Positions 63,284 through 64,000 of a stretch of DNA of 64,000 nucleotides are shown in pieces; the first letter of the stretch is position 1; each line of letters opens with the position of its first letter. The translations under genes and the position numbers were made by a program. This DNA is from Gemmatimonadota bacterium. Its GTDB lineage: Bacteria; JAAXHH01. The notes beneath the pieces were generated by a model. It did not search any database and had not been told where the DNA came from. It worked only from the letters and a program-made list of their open reading frames with translations. Location: the NCBI GenBank assembly GCA_009837395.1, contig VXTP01000015.1, positions 297,986 through 361,985 of the forward strand, in the 5' to 3' direction.

Positions 63284-64000
63284 TTACTTCAGCGCTTCGG
63301 CGCCGCCCACGATGTCCATCAGTTCAGATGTAATGGTTTCCTGGCGGATCTTGTTGGCCGTCAGGGTCAGTTCGTCGATCAGGTCGCTTGCATTTCGCGT
63401 GGCGTTGTCCATGGCCATCATGCGGGCGGCTTCTTCCGCCGTATTGGATTCGAGCAGCACGCGCCAGAGCTGGAAACGGATATGCTGCGGCACCAGGTCG
63501 TTCAGGAGCTGCGGCTGCGACGGTTCGTAGACGTAGCCGGTGAACCCCGGATCGTCCTCCACCGCCATGGGCGGCACCGGGAGCAGCTGCTCGGTCACCA
63601 GGCTCTGCTGCCCGGCGGACTTGAACTCGTTGTAGAGCATGTCCACACGGTCGACCGTGCCGCGCTTGAAGAGCTTGGTCACCTCGTGGGCGATCTCGCC
63701 GGCCTGGGCGTACTCCAGCGCCTGGAACACGTTGGTATGGCGGGCCAGGATCTCCACCCGCTGACGGGAGAGCGTATCGGAACCCTTGCGTCCCACGCAG
63801 AACAACGCGGGCGTGGGCGAACCCTCCCGGACGCTTTCCATTGCGCGGCGCACGACGTTCGAGTTGAACCCGCCGCAGAATCCCCGGTCGGCCGTCACGA
63901 CGATCAGCGCGGTGGCCTTCACCTCGCGGGGGGTCATGAGCGGATGCCGTTCGTCGGCCGTCTGCGCCGCCAGGTGCTTCATCATCTCGTCCAGCTTGCG
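63284..64000 (-). CDS. atpG: F0F1 ATP synthase subunit gamma (N-terminus lies beyond the right window edge)
   Basis: Has the C-terminal consensus ARMMAMDNATRNASDLIDELTL..NK.RQ..IT.EL.DIVGGAEAL. The reading frame stays open to position 64000. Confidence 0.95.
   Translation of the reverse strand, partial: RKLDEMMKHLAAQTADERHPLMTPREVKATALIVVTADRGFCGGFNSNVVRRAMESVREGSPTPALFCVGRKGSDTLSRQRVEILARHTNVFQALEYAQAGEIAHEVTKLFKRGTVDRVDMLYNEFKSAGQQSLVTEQLLPVPPMAVEDDPGFTGYVYEPSQPQLLNDLVPQHIRFQLWRVLLESNTAEEAARMMAMDNATRNASDLIDELTLTANKIRQETITSELMDIVGGAEALK

Overview
This is a high-GC bacterial chromosomal segment. Sampled 60-nt lines are about 60-70% G+C, except for one AT-rich island. I support about 55 densely packed protein-coding genes on both strands. 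I found no rRNA, tRNA, CRISPR array, transposase or integrase.

Gene content by region:
- Housekeeping genes: purB, priA, rpiA, ccmF, rny, queG, thiL, ribB and atpGDC.
- Transporters: DASS/SLC13, SSS, APC, NHS-type MFS and a partial FtsX-type ABC permease.
- Three tandem LacI-family regulators.
- A small catabolic cluster: amidohydrolase_2, SDR, cupin and a HIBADH-like dehydrogenase.
- The hpnC-hpnD-hpnE squalene operon.
- A surface-glycan locus at about 50.4-60.6 kb: a MOP flippase, two GT2 enzymes, three SAM methyltransferases, a YfhO-family GT-C-like membrane protein, a PhyH dioxygenase and an HpcH aldolase.

The combination of a GWxTD protein, TonB, an outer-membrane beta-barrel, RNase Y, hpnCDE and YfhO suggests a diderm of the FCB-group or Gemmatimonadota-like radiation. 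That is inference only.

Most interesting observations:
1. A 921-aa protein at 39624-42389 fuses an N-terminal OmpR/CadC-type winged helix, a STAND-class P-loop NTPase, HEAT-like repeats and a C-terminal multi-pass glycine-zipper membrane domain. It is divergent from ribB-hpnCDE across an AT-rich spacer that carries repeats.
2. Short tandem duplications (9-38 bp) occur throughout the window. They repeatedly copy gene 3-prime ends including the stop codon, copy RBS-proximal leaders, or expand coding sequence in frame.
3. An AT-rich island (about 38-50% G+C in sampled lines) sits inside the glycan locus, next to a translationally coupled pair of YfhO and a polyprenol-phosphate glycosyltransferase.
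4. Three tandem LacI paralogs lie near CG-centred palindromes.

Many long ORFs in the supplied track are antisense shadow ORFs typical of high-GC DNA, and I rejected them. All family assignments come from motif recognition by eye and need HMM or BLAST confirmation.
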